From: an uncultured Nitrososphaerota archaeon
GTDB lineage: Archaea; Thermoproteota; EX4484-205; JAAOZP01
Assembly (NCBI GenBank): GCA_964416155.1
Contig: CAYQCW010000003.1
Span: forward strand, 147,774 to 211,773
Reading direction: 5' to 3'
DNA length: 64,000 nt
Shown here: piece after piece, positions 18,578-28,786 of the stretch
Position numbering within the stretch: position 1 is the stretch's first letter
Layout of the letters: the number at the start of each line of letters is the position of its first letter
The notes under the pieces: generated by a model
The model's database searches: none
What the model was told of the DNA's origin: nothing
Seen by the model: only the letters and a program-made list of their open reading frames with translations
Position numbers and translations under genes: made by a program

Positions 18578-21532
18578 GTGGTAAAGAAACTTCCAAAAAG
18601 CTGCAGAACCATGTTAAGCATAGTTGCAGTAATGCTTGTACTAGGCTCTGAAACGCTCTTCAAAGGGTTGATTACTGTTTCCGGTTCGATAATTGTCCCG
18701 GTAAAGATTAATTTAGAAGGACGGTTTGAAGCCAGAAGTATTTTGAACAGCTCTATTCTCATAACATCAGGCACCGTGTTTCTGGGCAACGCATTGTTTC
18801 ACGTTTCAGAAACTTCAGGAGGCCCCAGTAACGCTTTAAACCATGTTGCAATGAGTCAAGGGAAGCTTTACTCGGAATCCATAAGCCTCGGGGAAAACTA
18901 CGTGATAAGACTGGCTGCAGTTTATACTGCTGTGGACGCTAATACGTTTAGCGTGAGCTTTGGATATGGAGATGCTTACTCTGGTTCAACCTCCATATTA
19001 ATACCACGCAGCTATGGCAGACGCAGCCTCCTCATTAACGCCACCGGTATTTTAGCATTATCCGGGGACAGTGTAACCATATTTGCCGAGGGAGAAGCAC
19101 TTATACCCGAGGAGAGAGAAGACTTGCGAAAAGGTTGTCTAATAGTCATAAGAAAGGAAGCGCCGAACGTGGAAGCAGTTGGATTCGAGTTTTGGGGTAT
19201 TTGGGGAATAGGGGGTTGGGAGGATGATGAAAATTACTATGTGCCAGTACCTCAAGAAGGTTCTGTGACGCTTTTTGCCTTCTTAAGCCGTGAAAGCAGG
19301 CTGGCTGGATTGCTGAGCAAGTATGGCACCATGTCCTCTTCATCGAGAGGGGTGGGGATACCTATGAACATTTCCTGCAGAACAAGCAACATCAGCATAG
19401 CACTTTTGGAAGTTGAACGTCTAAAGGAGTTTCTCGAATCCTTCGCTTCCGAGGAAAGAGTCTTCCTATCTAGAATAGGTTTCGATGCTGAAAAATATTT
19501 GAAAGAAGTCGACTACGCCATGATGCTGCTAAGGGAGAGCGAGACCGCTTTCGCGAAAGGCGATTGGGAAACTGGCTCAGGGCTCTTCGAGAAAAGCATT
19601 ATTAAGACTGAGAACGCGCTTGACGCTTTAAGCCAAGCCAAGAGCGACAGTATTTCAATGTTCCTCTTCCTAATCGCATTTACCTTCTTTGTCTCATCGA
19701 TCGCAGGCGCATTGATCGAGAAAAGAAGGAGGATTGTAATTACAGGGTTATTTGCAGCACTTATTTTTATTGAAATACTGTTTATTCCACAAGCCAAGAT
19801 GGCGATTGCGGTTCTTAATCCTGAAGCTATTTCTCGCCTATCGTCAGCATCAATAATCGTTTCATTGTTCACAGCCATCACAACGCTGCTGGTATTGAGC
19901 ATAATGGTGCTGGAAGCCAAGGGAACGCTTCTCAGCGATCTCTTCTGGTATTCCGTCAAAAGCATGCGTAAAAGAATATTCCGGACAACTCTAACTATAG
20001 TTACTATAGCGGTTGTCTCCGCAGCCTCCAGTAGTCTCTTGGCAATCGGCACACTGACAACAATAAGGGAGGCGGCTTACCCTTCAGAATTCCGTGGACT
20101 AAGCATCAGCGCTCACGCCACTACAGTCACTACTATTTTCAGAGGAATGGATCAGAAGAATGAGGTTTTAATCAACGAGGTTTTTCAACCAATACCGTTC
20201 TGGCAGGTGAAGTGGCTCTCCAGCATGAAAGGCGTTGAGAAAAAGTATATTGTTGCAGTCTCTCAAGCCCTCGTTTCTAAGGATGGGAGGAGAACCAGGG
20301 CCTTCTTAGTGGCCACCAACGCCTCGACACTAGAAGGGACGGCTGTTTCAGCTGATTTGGCGGAGACGCTGAATATTGCAGAAGGCGACTCCATAGTCAT
20401 CATGGGAAGGAACGTTGAAGAAATCAGGGTAAGCACGGTGCTGGAAGAGCCTTTAAAGCTGAAGGATGGGGTTCCGCTAGACGAGGTTGAAGGACCCTTA
20501 GTAGTGACCAGTCTAGAGCTTTCCCCGGAGACCTTAACAGTCTACAGACTTCTGCTCGAAGGCGATTTCTCAGGCGATGTTTCTAAGAGGCTTCTAGAAA
20601 CCAGTTACGAGAGAGACTCGAATTTCACAGTAGTGATGGGTGCGCAGATAACAACGCAAACCTTCAGGTCTTTCAGAATAGGTTTAGGCTCAGGAGGAGA
20701 GACTGCTTGCCTACTTATAGTGGGTGAGCTCCAGCAGTTCGCCAGCGCTCCAGAGCTACTTATTCTAATGGGGCTCGCTTCCTTAATGATCGTAACAACG
20801 CTACTGGGCTCACTTTACGAGCGTCATGGAGAATACTCGACCCTGAGTGCACTCGGCGCCAGCCCTGGCCACGTTTCCCTCCTGCTACTCGTCGAAGGCT
20901 TAAGCTACGGTCTTTTAGGAGGAGCCCTAGGATATGTTTTAAGCCAGTTTCTTCAAACATACATCTTAACTCCCGTAACCCTTGTGAAGCCATATGTGTT
21001 CAGCTCAATGCTGGCCAGCTTCCTTGTAGCAACATTATCCTCCTTGGCGGGGGGCCTTATACCGGCTAGGAAAGTCATTCTGAAAGTTGTGCCCAGCCGG
21101 TTCATGTTCAAGAAGATTGAAGAGGCTAAGCTGTTAAAGGATCATGCTGAATCAGTAATACCTTTGAGAATAGTTGATGATGTGAACTATTTCGTAGATT
21201 ATGTTTCCTCGCTAACCAGGAGGCCGCCGCCAATGCTTTTGGGACCAATATATACAGAGGCAATACCGTTAAGGGAGAAGGGCAGGATCAATGCTGTTGA
21301 ACTTCTTTTAAACTACAGGGGGCAGAGGGTGGCAGCTTATAGAGTCCGCCTAGTCATACCTGAGAACCCTGGAAAAACAGTGAGAGCGCTGGCTTATTCT
21401 GCAACAGGCCAGTGGGGAATCGACCACAAGTTCTGCGCCAGAGAAATGCTGACGACGCTTAGAGAAGACCTGTTGCAATACGTAGACTGGAAGAAGCAGG
21501 TTGAAAAAGAAAGGGGGGAGGCAGCCGCTTAA
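18578..21532 (+). CDS. Large FtsX/MacB-like permease-domain membrane protein
   Basis: 984 aa; KSMRKRIFRTTLT and GSLYERHGEYSTLSALGASP are FtsX permease motifs. Confidence 0.7.
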   Translation: MVKKLPKSCRTMLSIVAVMLVLGSETLFKGLITVSGSIIVPVKINLEGRFEARSILNSSILITSGTVFLGNALFHVSETSGGPSNALNHVAMSQGKLYSESISLGENYVIRLAAVYTAVDANTFSVSFGYGDAYSGSTSILIPRSYGRRSLLINATGILALSGDSVTIFAEGEALIPEEREDLRKGCLIVIRKEAPNVEAVGFEFWGIWGIGGWEDDENYYVPVPQEGSVTLFAFLSRESRLAGLLSKYGTMSSSSRGVGIPMNISCRTSNISIALLEVERLKEFLESFASEERVFLSRIGFDAEKYLKEVDYAMMLLRESETAFAKGDWETGSGLFEKSIIKTENALDALSQAKSDSISMFLFLIAFTFFVSSIAGALIEKRRRIVITGLFAALIFIEILFIPQAKMAIAVLNPEAISRLSSASIIVSLFTAITTLLVLSIMVLEAKGTLLSDLFWYSVKSMRKRIFRTTLTIVTIAVVSAASSSLLAIGTLTTIREAAYPSEFRGLSISAHATTVTTIFRGMDQKNEVLINEVFQPIPFWQVKWLSSMKGVEKKYIVAVSQALVSKDGRRTRAFLVATNASTLEGTAVSADLAETLNIAEGDSIVIMGRNVEEIRVSTVLEEPLKLKDGVPLDEVEGPLVVTSLELSPETLTVYRLLLEGDFSGDVSKRLLETSYERDSNFTVVMGAQITTQTFRSFRIGLGSGGETACLLIVGELQQFASAPELLILMGLASLMIVTTLLGSLYERHGEYSTLSALGASPGHVSLLLLVEGLSYGLLGGALGYVLSQFLQTYILTPVTLVKPYVFSSMLASFLVATLSSLAGGLIPARKVILKVVPSRFMFKKIEEAKLLKDHAESVIPLRIVDDVNYFVDYVSSLTRRPPPMLLGPIYTEAIPLREKGRINAVELLLNYRGQRVAAYRVRLVIPENPGKTVRALAYSATGQWGIDHKFCAREMLTTLREDLLQYVDWKKQVEKERGEAAA

Positions 21533-21568
21533 ACCCTTTACCTGCGGTGGCCAGTTAAATTCTAGGCT

Positions 21569-21668
21569 ACGACTTCCAAATCCTATCAGCTAATTCAGAT
21601 ATAAGCTCTTTTAGACCTGATAATGCTGTTTCCAAAGTATTGTTCAACGAAGTGCCATTTCTCAGGTA
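21569..21668. repeat. Degenerate direct copy of 23335-23440 (3' end of the ADP-ribosylglycohydrolase gene)
   Basis: Shared blocks ATCCTATCAGCTAATTCAGATAT, TGATAATGCTGTTTCCAAAGTATTGTTCAA and CCATTTCTCAGGTA, with small indels. Confidence 0.9.
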
Positions 21669-21678
21669 GCGCGCACTA
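21667..21678. repeat. TAGCGCGCGCTA-type palindrome (TAGCGCGCACTA)
   Basis: 11/12 match to the consensus; lies exactly at the end of the duplicated segment. Confidence 0.7.
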
Positions 21679-22004
21679 TGAGCTGTTTAAGTAATTTTCA
21701 TTAAAATAATTAGTCTTTAAATCCTCTATTATCTCGATGTTTTCTAATAATATATAGGATAATAGTCCGAATTACTGATAGTGCTTATTTGTATTTGAGT
21801 AGACTTTCAGGAACAGAGAAGGGGGCAAACTGGTACAGGAAGAAATATGGTGTTTACGCAATACCAAGCACGAGAGAAAAACATGTTGAGGTGAAGCCAG
21901 CTGTTCCATGTGGATGAACATCCGGAGAAGGATTAGAACGTGCGCTGGTAGGAGATATCATCTCTGCAGCATAAGCCTTAAACACGCTCCATGGAGTATT
22001 AACG

Positions 22005-22229
22005 GTGGGGTATTATGGTGAAAAAGCTTGGAACCCCCTCGTGAAAAGTTCAGGACGAAAGTTATTAATTCTCATTCTGGTAGTTCTCTCCGTGGGTTTA
22101 ATACTGCACCAGTACCTCGCCTATGGTAAGATCTTCTGGGAGGAAGATATACATCATGAAACATTCATCGTCGCTTTCCTATTCTGCGCCATAGTATTCT
22201 TCCTTCTGCCCCCTAGATTTGAAACTTAA
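22005..22229 (+). CDS. Small two-TM hypothetical protein
   Basis: Two hydrophobic helices flank the polar loop HQYLAYGKIFWEEDIHHE. Confidence 0.55.
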   Translation: MGYYGEKAWNPLVKSSGRKLLILILVVLSVGLILHQYLAYGKIFWEEDIHHETFIVAFLFCAIVFFLLPPRFET

Positions 22230-22353
22230 AAGCCAACCTTTTTACAACTACAGGGAATGGGAAAATCCTGTAGCAAGTTAGATTAAATCACTTTATTAAC
22301 CACATATCTTGAAGAAAGGCATAAATGTTAACGAGCTACGTGTTTGCAAAGAA

Positions 22354-23286
22354 ATGGTTTATGAGGTCGCTTTGAGAACGACTGTTCCAATACTTTTGTT
22401 AATAGGTCTGGGCTACTTATCCCGGAAAACCGGCCTTTTAAAGGCAGGAGATGAACGGGTTTTAAACGCGTATATTTACTATTTTGCACTTCCATCGCTA
22501 TTCATAGTAGATTTAGCTGAAACTACATTTACTTGGGAGCACGTTGAATTCATGCTAGCAGGAGTAATACCGATATTTATAGTCATGACAGCATATACTT
22601 TGCTCTACCTTGTGTTAAGATTCTCAAGAAAAACTTTCTACCTACTGGTGCTAACAACGGTTTTCGGAAGCACCGCGTTCTATGGCATCCCATTCCTCAT
22701 GTTTGCTTTTCCCAGTTTTGCTGAGAACTTGGCTACGCTTGCTGCAGCGTCAATATCCATTATAAGTGTTTCAATCTCAATAGGGCTCCTAGAGTTCTAT
22801 CGGCTTGAAGATCCTAGTTTGAGAAAAAGCCTGAGAATCGTTGGAAAGAGGCTTTCTAAAAACCCTCTGATCCTCTCCATATTAATAGGTCTCTTAATAT
22901 CCCTTATGAACATAGATATCCCATACCCCTTGTCAACTATGCTTCACATGCTGGGAAACACAACCGCAACGGTAGCGATCTTCCTGCTGGGCGTCCTATT
23001 CTACGGCAGGAGTTACAGGGGGCTAGTGGAATCATTTGGTTTAAGCCTTTTAAGAATGCTAGTATTGCCCACAATCAGCCTCTTCACCTCCCTGCTAATT
23101 GGCCTGCCATCTTTAGACAGGACTATTTTAATCATAATGCATTCTGTTCCATTAGCAGTCTCAATGATAACCCTCAGTGACCGCTATGATTTCTACAAGG
23201 AGACTATTTCTTCAGTTATTTTACTCTCGTCTTTAGGTGCAAGCATCTACCTAAATATCTGGCTTCTAATATCAGTCACCCTCTAA
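22354..23286 (+). CDS. AEC (auxin efflux carrier) family transporter
   Basis: Motifs YYFALPSLF, FGSTAFYGIP and KNPLILS; about 10 TM. The ATG at 22354 is the likely start (ORF track 22309). Confidence 0.88.
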   Translation: MVYEVALRTTVPILLLIGLGYLSRKTGLLKAGDERVLNAYIYYFALPSLFIVDLAETTFTWEHVEFMLAGVIPIFIVMTAYTLLYLVLRFSRKTFYLLVLTTVFGSTAFYGIPFLMFAFPSFAENLATLAAASISIISVSISIGLLEFYRLEDPSLRKSLRIVGKRLSKNPLILSILIGLLISLMNIDIPYPLSTMLHMLGNTTATVAIFLLGVLFYGRSYRGLVESFGLSLLRMLVLPTISLFTSLLIGLPSLDRTILIIMHSVPLAVSMITLSDRYDFYKETISSVILLSSLGASIYLNIWLLISVTL

Positions 23287-23315
23287 ACCTGCATAACCTT
23301 CTTCTGGATAAAGGG

Positions 23316-24641
23316 TTAAACCCAGTTCTTAGCCACGACTTCCACCATCCTATCAGCTAATTCAGATATTTTAAGCTCTTTCAGACTTGATAATGCTGTT
23401 TCCAAAGTATTGTTCAATGGAGAATACCATTTCTCAGGTATTCCTTTAAAGCCAACCATGGCTCCAACTATGGATCCTACTGACGCACCATTGCAGTCTG
23501 TGTCGAGACCGCTAGACACGCTTAAACAGACAGATTTCCCGAAGTCTCTCTCGCCATAGAGAAGGGACAGGACAACTATAACTGAATTGTTTATCGTGTG
23601 AACTGGGTGATAATGCCCATATTTCAACATAGCCTCCTCGTAGGCTTTGTCAAAGTCTCCATGCTTCCTCCAAAGGTCGACGCAGTGTCTGACTGCCTCA
23701 GCCAACCTGCTTCCCCGAGGTATGCACGAGAGCCCCTTCTTCACGACTTCCAGCGGGTCTGATTCGGCGAAGGCTGATGCAACCATAGCCGCCATTAGCA
23801 TCTCTCCGTAGATCCCGTTCTTAACGTGAGAGAGCCTAGCATCCTTGTAAGCCATTTCCGCTGCAGACAATGGTCTTTTCGGGTTTGCATAGCCCCATGG
23901 GTCAGCTCTTATTTGAGCCCCTATCCATTCTCTGAAAGGATTCCAGAAGGTTGCTGTCTCAGGAGGCTTAAGGCCAAGAGTGAGGTTCCTGTAAGCCTCC
24001 CTCTCAGCAGTGTAGGTAAGATTAAAAGGCAATCTGTTCAACCATTCTTCAGCAATATCTTCTGTTGTGAAGCTGAAGCCTTTCCTTTCCAGAAGGAGCA
24101 GGCCCAGAATGGTGTAGTCCAAGTCGTCGTCCCTCAGAGCCTTGCTCAAGTTGTCACGAAACACACCCACCTCGTAATATTTTTGAGGATCCCTCTCAGC
24201 ACGAGGTACAAGCTCAGGGATATAGTAGTCAAGCGGATAACATCCCGCCTTCTTAAGGTACTCTTCTACCCTATTCTTAGGCCAGCCTTCCACAGGCTTT
24301 CCAAGCATGTTTCCCGCAATTCTTCCAAACCATGCTCCCCGCATCCTGTCTCGGAGCTCATGCCTACTTATCCACGCCTCCTCATCCTTAGGCGGGTTCG
24401 CACACCTCCTTATTTCCTCAAGGCAGTCTGGCTCAGCATACGGCCAACCGGCCAGAGTGGGCGAGGACAATATCTCCCCGTAAAGGTCATCCAGCTCCCT
24501 GTGACCAGCCTTCAACTCGTCGAGCAAGGCTACCTTCTCCCTGTATTTTTCTACGTCCTTTCCTTCTTCTGCCGCCTGAATAAGCTCAAACCTCAGGAGA
24601 TCTATCTTCCTGCGAACCGTTAACATGTATCGGTAATCCAA
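23316..24641 (-). CDS. ADP-ribosylglycohydrolase family protein
   Basis: Motifs GKPVEGW, DDDLDYT, TYTAER, WIGAQIRAD and GLDTDCNGA. Confidence 0.9.
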   Translation of the reverse strand: MDYRYMLTVRRKIDLLRFELIQAAEEGKDVEKYREKVALLDELKAGHRELDDLYGEILSSPTLAGWPYAEPDCLEEIRRCANPPKDEEAWISRHELRDRMRGAWFGRIAGNMLGKPVEGWPKNRVEEYLKKAGCYPLDYYIPELVPRAERDPQKYYEVGVFRDNLSKALRDDDLDYTILGLLLLERKGFSFTTEDIAEEWLNRLPFNLTYTAEREAYRNLTLGLKPPETATFWNPFREWIGAQIRADPWGYANPKRPLSAAEMAYKDARLSHVKNGIYGEMLMAAMVASAFAESDPLEVVKKGLSCIPRGSRLAEAVRHCVDLWRKHGDFDKAYEEAMLKYGHYHPVHTINNSVIVVLSLLYGERDFGKSVCLSVSSGLDTDCNGASVGSIVGAMVGFKGIPEKWYSPLNNTLETALSSLKELKISELADRMVEVVAKNWV

Positions 24642-24695
24642 GGAAAAACAGTTAAAGTTTTCGAATGTTCGGGAGCCCTTTCCTCAGAAATTTTT

Positions 24696-24947
24696 CTATG
24701 CTAACCCGTTCTTTTTAACCCGAACTCTAATCTTCCCCGGCTTATACTCCTTAAAGTTTAAAATCTCAATGCTCACGTCGATGAACCTCTGAAGCCCATA
24801 TATGAAGTCTTCAAGATAATCGTAGACTCCACAGGTCTTGCAGAAAGTCCCTTCGAAATCGATGGTAAGCCTGGCCTTGGCCTCCGGGCTCCTATACATG
24901 TTATACTCGTCTACAGCTCTCAAAACCGCTTCCTCAAGTTTCTTCAT
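24696..24947 (-). CDS. Archaeal hypothetical protein (CxxC), possibly with an internal deletion
   Basis: Motifs EYNMYRSPEA and FEGTFCKTCGVYDYLEDF. Confidence 0.6.
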   Translation of the reverse strand: MKKLEEAVLRAVDEYNMYRSPEAKARLTIDFEGTFCKTCGVYDYLEDFIYGLQRFIDVSIEILNFKEYKPGKIRVRVKKNGLA

Positions 24948-25080
24948 TCAAGCCATATGCAAACATAACAGGTTTATAAGTTTGTTCCAGTACCGAGTCG
25001 AGCACTACTGTTAAGCTTATTCCAATATTCATCTAGTGGCTTGTCTAAAGGGTTAAATTCCCGTATACCCTAACAGGCTT

Positions 25081-25419
25081 GTGAAAAGGAAGGTTGTTGA
25101 CCGAGGACTTGTTTACGAGCTGCTTAAGAAGGTTCCAAAGGGGAGGGTTATCACATACGGGGCGTTGGCTAGGGCTGTTGGGCATCCTGATTCCGCAAGG
25201 GCTATTGGAGCTTTAATGAGAAGCAACCCCTATGCGCCGACTGTACCGTGTCACAGAGTCGTGTACAGTGATGGAAGACTTGGTGGCTACGGAGGCATGA
25301 AAGGAGTAGGGAAGAAAGCCAGAATGCTGGCTAGAGAAGGGGTTAAGGTTAAGAATGGCAGGATAGTTGATTTCGAAAAACATTATTTTGAGATCAGCCC
25401 TCAAACTCTATCTCCTTAA
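25081..25419 (+). CDS. ogt: O6-alkylguanine DNA alkyltransferase (short, C-terminal domain only)
   Basis: Motifs VPKGRVITYG, ARAIG and the active site PCHRVV. Confidence 0.88.
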   Translation: MKRKVVDRGLVYELLKKVPKGRVITYGALARAVGHPDSARAIGALMRSNPYAPTVPCHRVVYSDGRLGGYGGMKGVGKKARMLAREGVKVKNGRIVDFEKHYFEISPQTLSP

Positions 25420-25464
25420 CCCATTTGACCCATGCTTAGTCTCCTATTCTTTTCCTTAAGGTCA

Positions 25465-25490
25465 GAAGCCCCGCCCTCAGGGGGGTGACT
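25465..25490 (+). mobile_element. Possible degenerate IS200/IS605 (IS1341-type) end hairpin
   Basis: GAAGCCCCGCCCTCAGGGGGGTG resembles the GAAGCCCCGCCC-N-GGGCGGGG hairpin; no tnpA or tnpB nearby. Confidence 0.3.
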
Positions 25491-25719
25491 ATACCCTAGC
25501 CGGCTCATGCCAGTTTCTAAATCCGCTATAAGGAAATCCTCCAGTTACCGCAGTGCTCAACCCATGTTTTTCTACGCATCGCCAAACTGGGCAGACATCC
25601 AGCCTCATCCCCCTCAGGAAGAAGGGTTTCCCATTTGTCTCTACGCAGCCAACGCACTCTTTTCCACGGCTCTTACAAGCTTTGCAGTAAGCACCACACG
25701 GAGGAATGAAGTTCCCCAT
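25489..25719 (-). pseudogene. DUF3795-like Cys-rich protein, frameshifted
   Basis: PCGAYCKAC...CVGC...CPVWRC; the expected continuation VEHCGN is in another frame. Confidence 0.7.
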
Positions 25720-25837
25720 TATGATTCTGGTCTCTCATCAGTATTTATTACTTTAGGCAAAGAGAGAAAGTGTACAAAACGCTTTCATAATATTACTACT
25801 CTTCTGAGCATAAAACCTTTAAACCAAATATTAGAAA

Positions 25838-26305
25838 TTGACAAATGAGAAATACATGAAGAAGGAGGATGCTGAAGCTGCTTACGAGCAGTTAAGGCAG
25901 GAACTAGGAGATGAAAAAGCTGAAAAAGAGGTTGAGAATGCTCGCAAATATCTTGAGAAGCATGCTCGAGGCTTGGGCGTAAGCGTGTCTTGGGAGGATG
26001 CGGTTCTATACTTAATAGTGGAAAGAGCGAGGATTAAGAAGGATGCTGGGAAAACGGGTATTGATATTTTCGTTAAACATTCTGGAAAACATTGGAGGAT
26101 CTACTACTATCCCATAGGATCATTTGAAGACGACTTGCCTATGTTTGGCAAATTTCTAGAGGAAGTTAGGGAGAGAGGCGAGGAGGTTTCAGCCATAATT
26201 CCGAACATGGGATCGGTCCCCACAAGCATTGTCCTAGGGACTAGTTTCCAAGGGGTTAAGGGATTTGCAGTAATAACTAGGATGACTGAAGAGGCTGAAG
26301 GATGA
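25838..26305 (+). CDS. Hypothetical protein
   Basis: 155-aa ORF with protein-like composition directly upstream of the radical SAM gene. Confidence 0.7.
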   Translation: MTNEKYMKKEDAEAAYEQLRQELGDEKAEKEVENARKYLEKHARGLGVSVSWEDAVLYLIVERARIKKDAGKTGIDIFVKHSGKHWRIYYYPIGSFEDDLPMFGKFLEEVRERGEEVSAIIPNMGSVPTSIVLGTSFQGVKGFAVITRMTEEAEG

Positions 26306-26353
26306 GTCAGCGGTTCGGGGTCCCTAAGTTTAAAATAAATACTCCTTCAGAGA

Positions 26354-27490
26354 ATGTTTAGAGGGAAGCAGTTGGGAAGGTGTTTGATTTGTGGAGACGA
26401 GTCCCCTTTAATAGCCGGCCAGCTAGGTGTTTGTCTAAAATGCATAAGAAGAACACCGGAGGAGGCTGTCGAGATAGCTAAGCGTGTTCACAACGCTACA
26501 AGAAGGGTCTTCGGGCTTCCGCCGACCCCCCCTAAGGACCCTGATGGTTTAGCCTGCGGCGTCTGCGCTAACGATTGCAGAATCAAGCCGGGGAAGAAAG
26601 GGTTCTGCGGGCTAGTTTTGAATTCCAACGGCCGTTTAACTAGGCTCGGCGGAACGCAGGAGAGAGGACTATTAGAATGGTATTATGATCCTCTTCCAAC
26701 TAACTGTGTCGCATGGTGGTTCTGCCCAGGCTGCACAGGCGCAGGCTACCCTAAGTATGCCTACAAGCCGGGTGTCGAGGAGGGATTTTCGAATCTCGCC
26801 GTGTTCTATGGGAGCTGTAGTTTTGACTGTCTTTTCTGCCAGAACTGGCATTTCAGGCAGATGTCTCAAAGCCTGAGGCCCCTTGTAAGCTCTGAGGAGC
26901 TCGCTTCTAAGGTTGACCGGAGTGTTTCATGCGTCTGCTTTTTTGGGGGAGACCCTTCCACGCAGATGATGCATGCCCTTGAAACCAGCCGGATTACCCT
27001 TCAAAGGTCTGAGGAAGAGAAACGTATACTTAGAATATGCTGGGAGACTAATGGAAACATGTCCAAGGCTTTCGCCTTGAAGGTGGCTGAGCTTTCTCTT
27101 AAGAGCGGCGGCGTTGTGAAGTTCGATCTTAAAGTGTGGGATGAAACCCTTAGCAGAGTACTGTGTGGGGTTTCAAACAGGGCTGCGTTTGCTAATTTCA
27201 GGGAAATAGGTGAGAGCTTTTTCAAGCAGCGTCCTGAGGTGCCTGTTTTAACTGCCAGCACACTCCTTATTCCAGGATATGTTGACGCGGTTGAGGTTGA
27301 GGATATCGCCAGATTCATAGCGGAGGTTAACCCTAGGATACCCTACACGCTTCTAGCTTTTTACCCTCAGTATATCATGGATGACCTTCCTACGACCAGC
27401 CGGAGGCAGGCGCGCGAATGTTACGAGGCGGCTAGAAAACATTTGGAGAAAGTTAGAATAGGAAACGTGCATCTTCTCTCCGGAGAGTGA
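26354..27490 (+). CDS. Radical SAM protein (PFL-activase/AmmeMemoRadiSAM-like)
   Basis: CSFDCLFCQN (CX3CX2C), N-terminal Cys clusters, GGDP and WETNG. Confidence 0.88.
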   Translation: MFRGKQLGRCLICGDESPLIAGQLGVCLKCIRRTPEEAVEIAKRVHNATRRVFGLPPTPPKDPDGLACGVCANDCRIKPGKKGFCGLVLNSNGRLTRLGGTQERGLLEWYYDPLPTNCVAWWFCPGCTGAGYPKYAYKPGVEEGFSNLAVFYGSCSFDCLFCQNWHFRQMSQSLRPLVSSEELASKVDRSVSCVCFFGGDPSTQMMHALETSRITLQRSEEEKRILRICWETNGNMSKAFALKVAELSLKSGGVVKFDLKVWDETLSRVLCGVSNRAAFANFREIGESFFKQRPEVPVLTASTLLIPGYVDAVEVEDIARFIAEVNPRIPYTLLAFYPQYIMDDLPTTSRRQARECYEAARKHLEKVRIGNVHLLSGE

Positions 27491-27493
27491 TGA

Positions 27494-28786
27494 TTAAGTC
27501 CTCTGAAGACTGTAAGATGATAGTTTTTCAACAACCTGCTCGATTCCAAGATCCTCCTGGCTCCCTGTCTCCATGTTTTTCAAAGCAACAGTGTTAGTCT
27601 CAACTTCCCTGCCACCGATTAACGCAACGTATTTTACGTTTCTCTTCGAAGCATAGGAGAGAGCCTTGCCAACATCTCTTCTAGTGTAGTCAACCAGTGT
27701 GGGAACCCTCCTCATCCTCAGCGTGCCTGCAAGCTTCGCTGCAAAAATATCGCCCTCCTTAACCATGCTTACAACCATGCATACCAAGTCGTCTCGGGGA
27801 ACAGTCTTATCTATTGCGAGGCTTAATCGATCTATCCCGGGTGCGCAGCCAACAGCTGGAACATCCCACCCTAAGAGTCCTGCCAGCTTATCGTATCTTC
27901 CACCGCCGTTGACAGCGATCTTAAGGTTTTTCACGTAAACCTCAAAGATCATTCCGGTGTAATAGTCGAGGCCTCTCGCGAAACCCATGTCGACAAGAAA
28001 CTCGCCTACCTTGCTGGCTTTAGCAAGCTCTATTATCTCCCTCAGATTCTCCAACTGGTCAACCGCTTCAGGAACCTCTTTCAAAACCTCGCTTGCTCTT
28101 CTAAAAGCTTCATCCGGATTCCTGCTTTTAATCTCCCAGAGACTCCTAATAATGTTGATGGCCTCCCTGCCTTTCTGGAGAGAGCCAAGTATTTCAAAGG
28201 CCTCGGTAAGCCTTTCCTTGTCTATTAAGCCTAGAACCCTGTCCTGAACGCCCTCCTCGATGCTAAAATGGGTTAATGCTGCTCTTAAAACGCCTTCATG
28301 CCCTATCTTTATGTAGTAATCCTTTATCCCGAGGCCTTCCATCAGCCTTGAAGAGATTTCAAGAATCTCTGCATCCGCCAGTGGGTTCTTAGCCCCAAAT
28401 ATTTCGAAACCTCCCTGCTTAAACTCCCTGTATCTACCGTATTGTGGTTCATCATATCTGAACGCGTTCAACACGTAGCCTATTTTTATCGGAAGCGGGG
28501 TGCTACGCAACTCCTGTACCACAAGCTTCACTATGGATGCTGTTGCCTCAGGCCTTAAAACGACCTCCCTGCCCCCGAGATCCGTGAACCTGTACATTCT
28601 GTGTCTAATCTCCTCTCCGGATTTCAGCTCGAAGAGCTCCAAGGGTTCTATTGTGGGTGTTTCAACCTCTTGGAACCCGTATATTTTGAAAAGCCTTCTT
28701 ATCTCGCTCTCAATCTTGTTCAACTTCGCCTTTTCATCCGGCAGCAGGTTTCGCATTCCTCTAAGAGTAAGATTTTCTCCCCTCAT
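27494..28786 (-). CDS. hisS: Histidyl-tRNA synthetase
   Basis: Motifs LRPEATAS, FRYDEPQYGRYREF, RGLDYYTG and GGGRYD. Confidence 0.96.
   Translation of the reverse strand: MRGENLTLRGMRNLLPDEKAKLNKIESEIRRLFKIYGFQEVETPTIEPLELFELKSGEEIRHRMYRFTDLGGREVVLRPEATASIVKLVVQELRSTPLPIKIGYVLNAFRYDEPQYGRYREFKQGGFEIFGAKNPLADAEILEISSRLMEGLGIKDYYIKIGHEGVLRAALTHFSIEEGVQDRVLGLIDKERLTEAFEILGSLQKGREAINIIRSLWEIKSRNPDEAFRRASEVLKEVPEAVDQLENLREIIELAKASKVGEFLVDMGFARGLDYYTGMIFEVYVKNLKIAVNGGGRYDKLAGLLGWDVPAVGCAPGIDRLSLAIDKTVPRDDLVCMVVSMVKEGDIFAAKLAGTLRMRRVPTLVDYTRRDVGKALSYASKRNVKYVALIGGREVETNTVALKNMETGSQEDLGIEQVVEKLSSYSLQRT

Noticed and set aside
23826-24623. Long antisense ORFs (265 aa here; also 12795-13430, 17673-18359 and 49225-50058)
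   Set aside because: They are shadow frames opposite well-supported genes.
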